A stretch of DNA of 32,000 bases from Mycobacterium tuberculosis H37Rv (GTDB taxonomy: Bacteria > Actinomycetota > Actinomycetes > Mycobacteriales > Mycobacteriaceae): positions 3,810,001 through 3,842,000 of the forward strand of contig NC_000962.3 of assembly GCF_000195955.2 (NCBI RefSeq). Reading direction: 5' to 3'. Position 1 is the first letter of the stretch; every line of letters begins with the position of its first letter. The notes under the pieces are model-generated. The model saw nothing but the letters and a program-made list of their open reading frames with translations, did not search any database and had not been told where the DNA came from. A program made the position numbers and the translations under genes. Positions 31,714-32,000 of this stretch are shown one piece after another.

Positions 31714-32000
31714 TCACTGCACGGGTATGGGCTTTGGCGGTCGCTTCGCACCATCAACGCCGACAGTGCGGACAGCGCAAACCGACGGCACACCCCTTGC
31801 ACGGATGTGGGGTGTTTTTGAGATGGAGCGAAAGTAGGCGTGTCTTTTATTTTCACAACCCCCCAGGCATTGGACAACGCGGCTAAGTCCGTGTCGGGGA
31901 TTCACGATTTGTGGCGCAAAGGACGCTAAGGCATCGATCCCGGTGGTCAACGCTATTTGAGCCCCCCGCTTCCGACCCGGTGTCGAATAGGGATGAGGCC
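31714..32000 (-). CDS. Hypothetical protein (Rv3424c), start outside window
   Basis: Reverse frame appears open from 31714 to the window edge. Low-complexity evidence only; the call relies mainly on recalled gene order. Confidence 0.35.
   Translation of the reverse strand, partial: PHPYSTPGRKRGAQIALTTGIDALASFAPQIVNPRHGLSRVVQCLGGCENKRHAYFRSISKTPHIRARGVPSVCAVRTVGVDGAKRPPKPIPVQ

Overview
High-GC actinobacterial chromosome. Gene order and protein sequences match, from memory and without a database search, the Mycobacterium tuberculosis complex segment Rv3394c to Rv3424c. The window is densely coding and I see no prophage, CRISPR array, rRNA or tRNA. Main blocks, left to right: the SOS mutasome genes imuB/imuA' with a divergent secreted protein; guaA; an isoprenoid pair (phyA, idsA1); a SAM methyltransferase; a GH65 phosphorylase/beta-phosphoglucomutase cassette; a ~57-bp minisatellite; an amino-sugar-type cluster (DegT aminotransferase, FAD/NAD(P) oxidoreductase, sugar N-formyltransferase) with an IdeR-like iron box; a TetR/alkylsulfatase pair; vapBC47; choD; guaB3/guaB2; a DUF-type protein; rsdA/sigD and Rv3415c; whiB3; groEL1/groES with a CIRCE element; and an overlapping tsaD-rimI-tsaB-tsaE-alr operon. 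The most rewarding non-CDS signals are: a mycobacterial SOS box at 1651-1666; an iron box at 12013-12031; paired 16-bp operators between Rv3405c and Rv3406; TCACAGC repeats upstream of whiB3; a 50-bp near-perfect hairpin between whiB3 and groEL1; a CIRCE with an extra third half-site; and a minisatellite whose first copy supplies the Rv3401 stop codon, with a dispersed relative upstream of guaB2. I found no clearly novel defence-type system. The best candidate for an under-described pathway is the Rv3402c-Rv3404c cluster.
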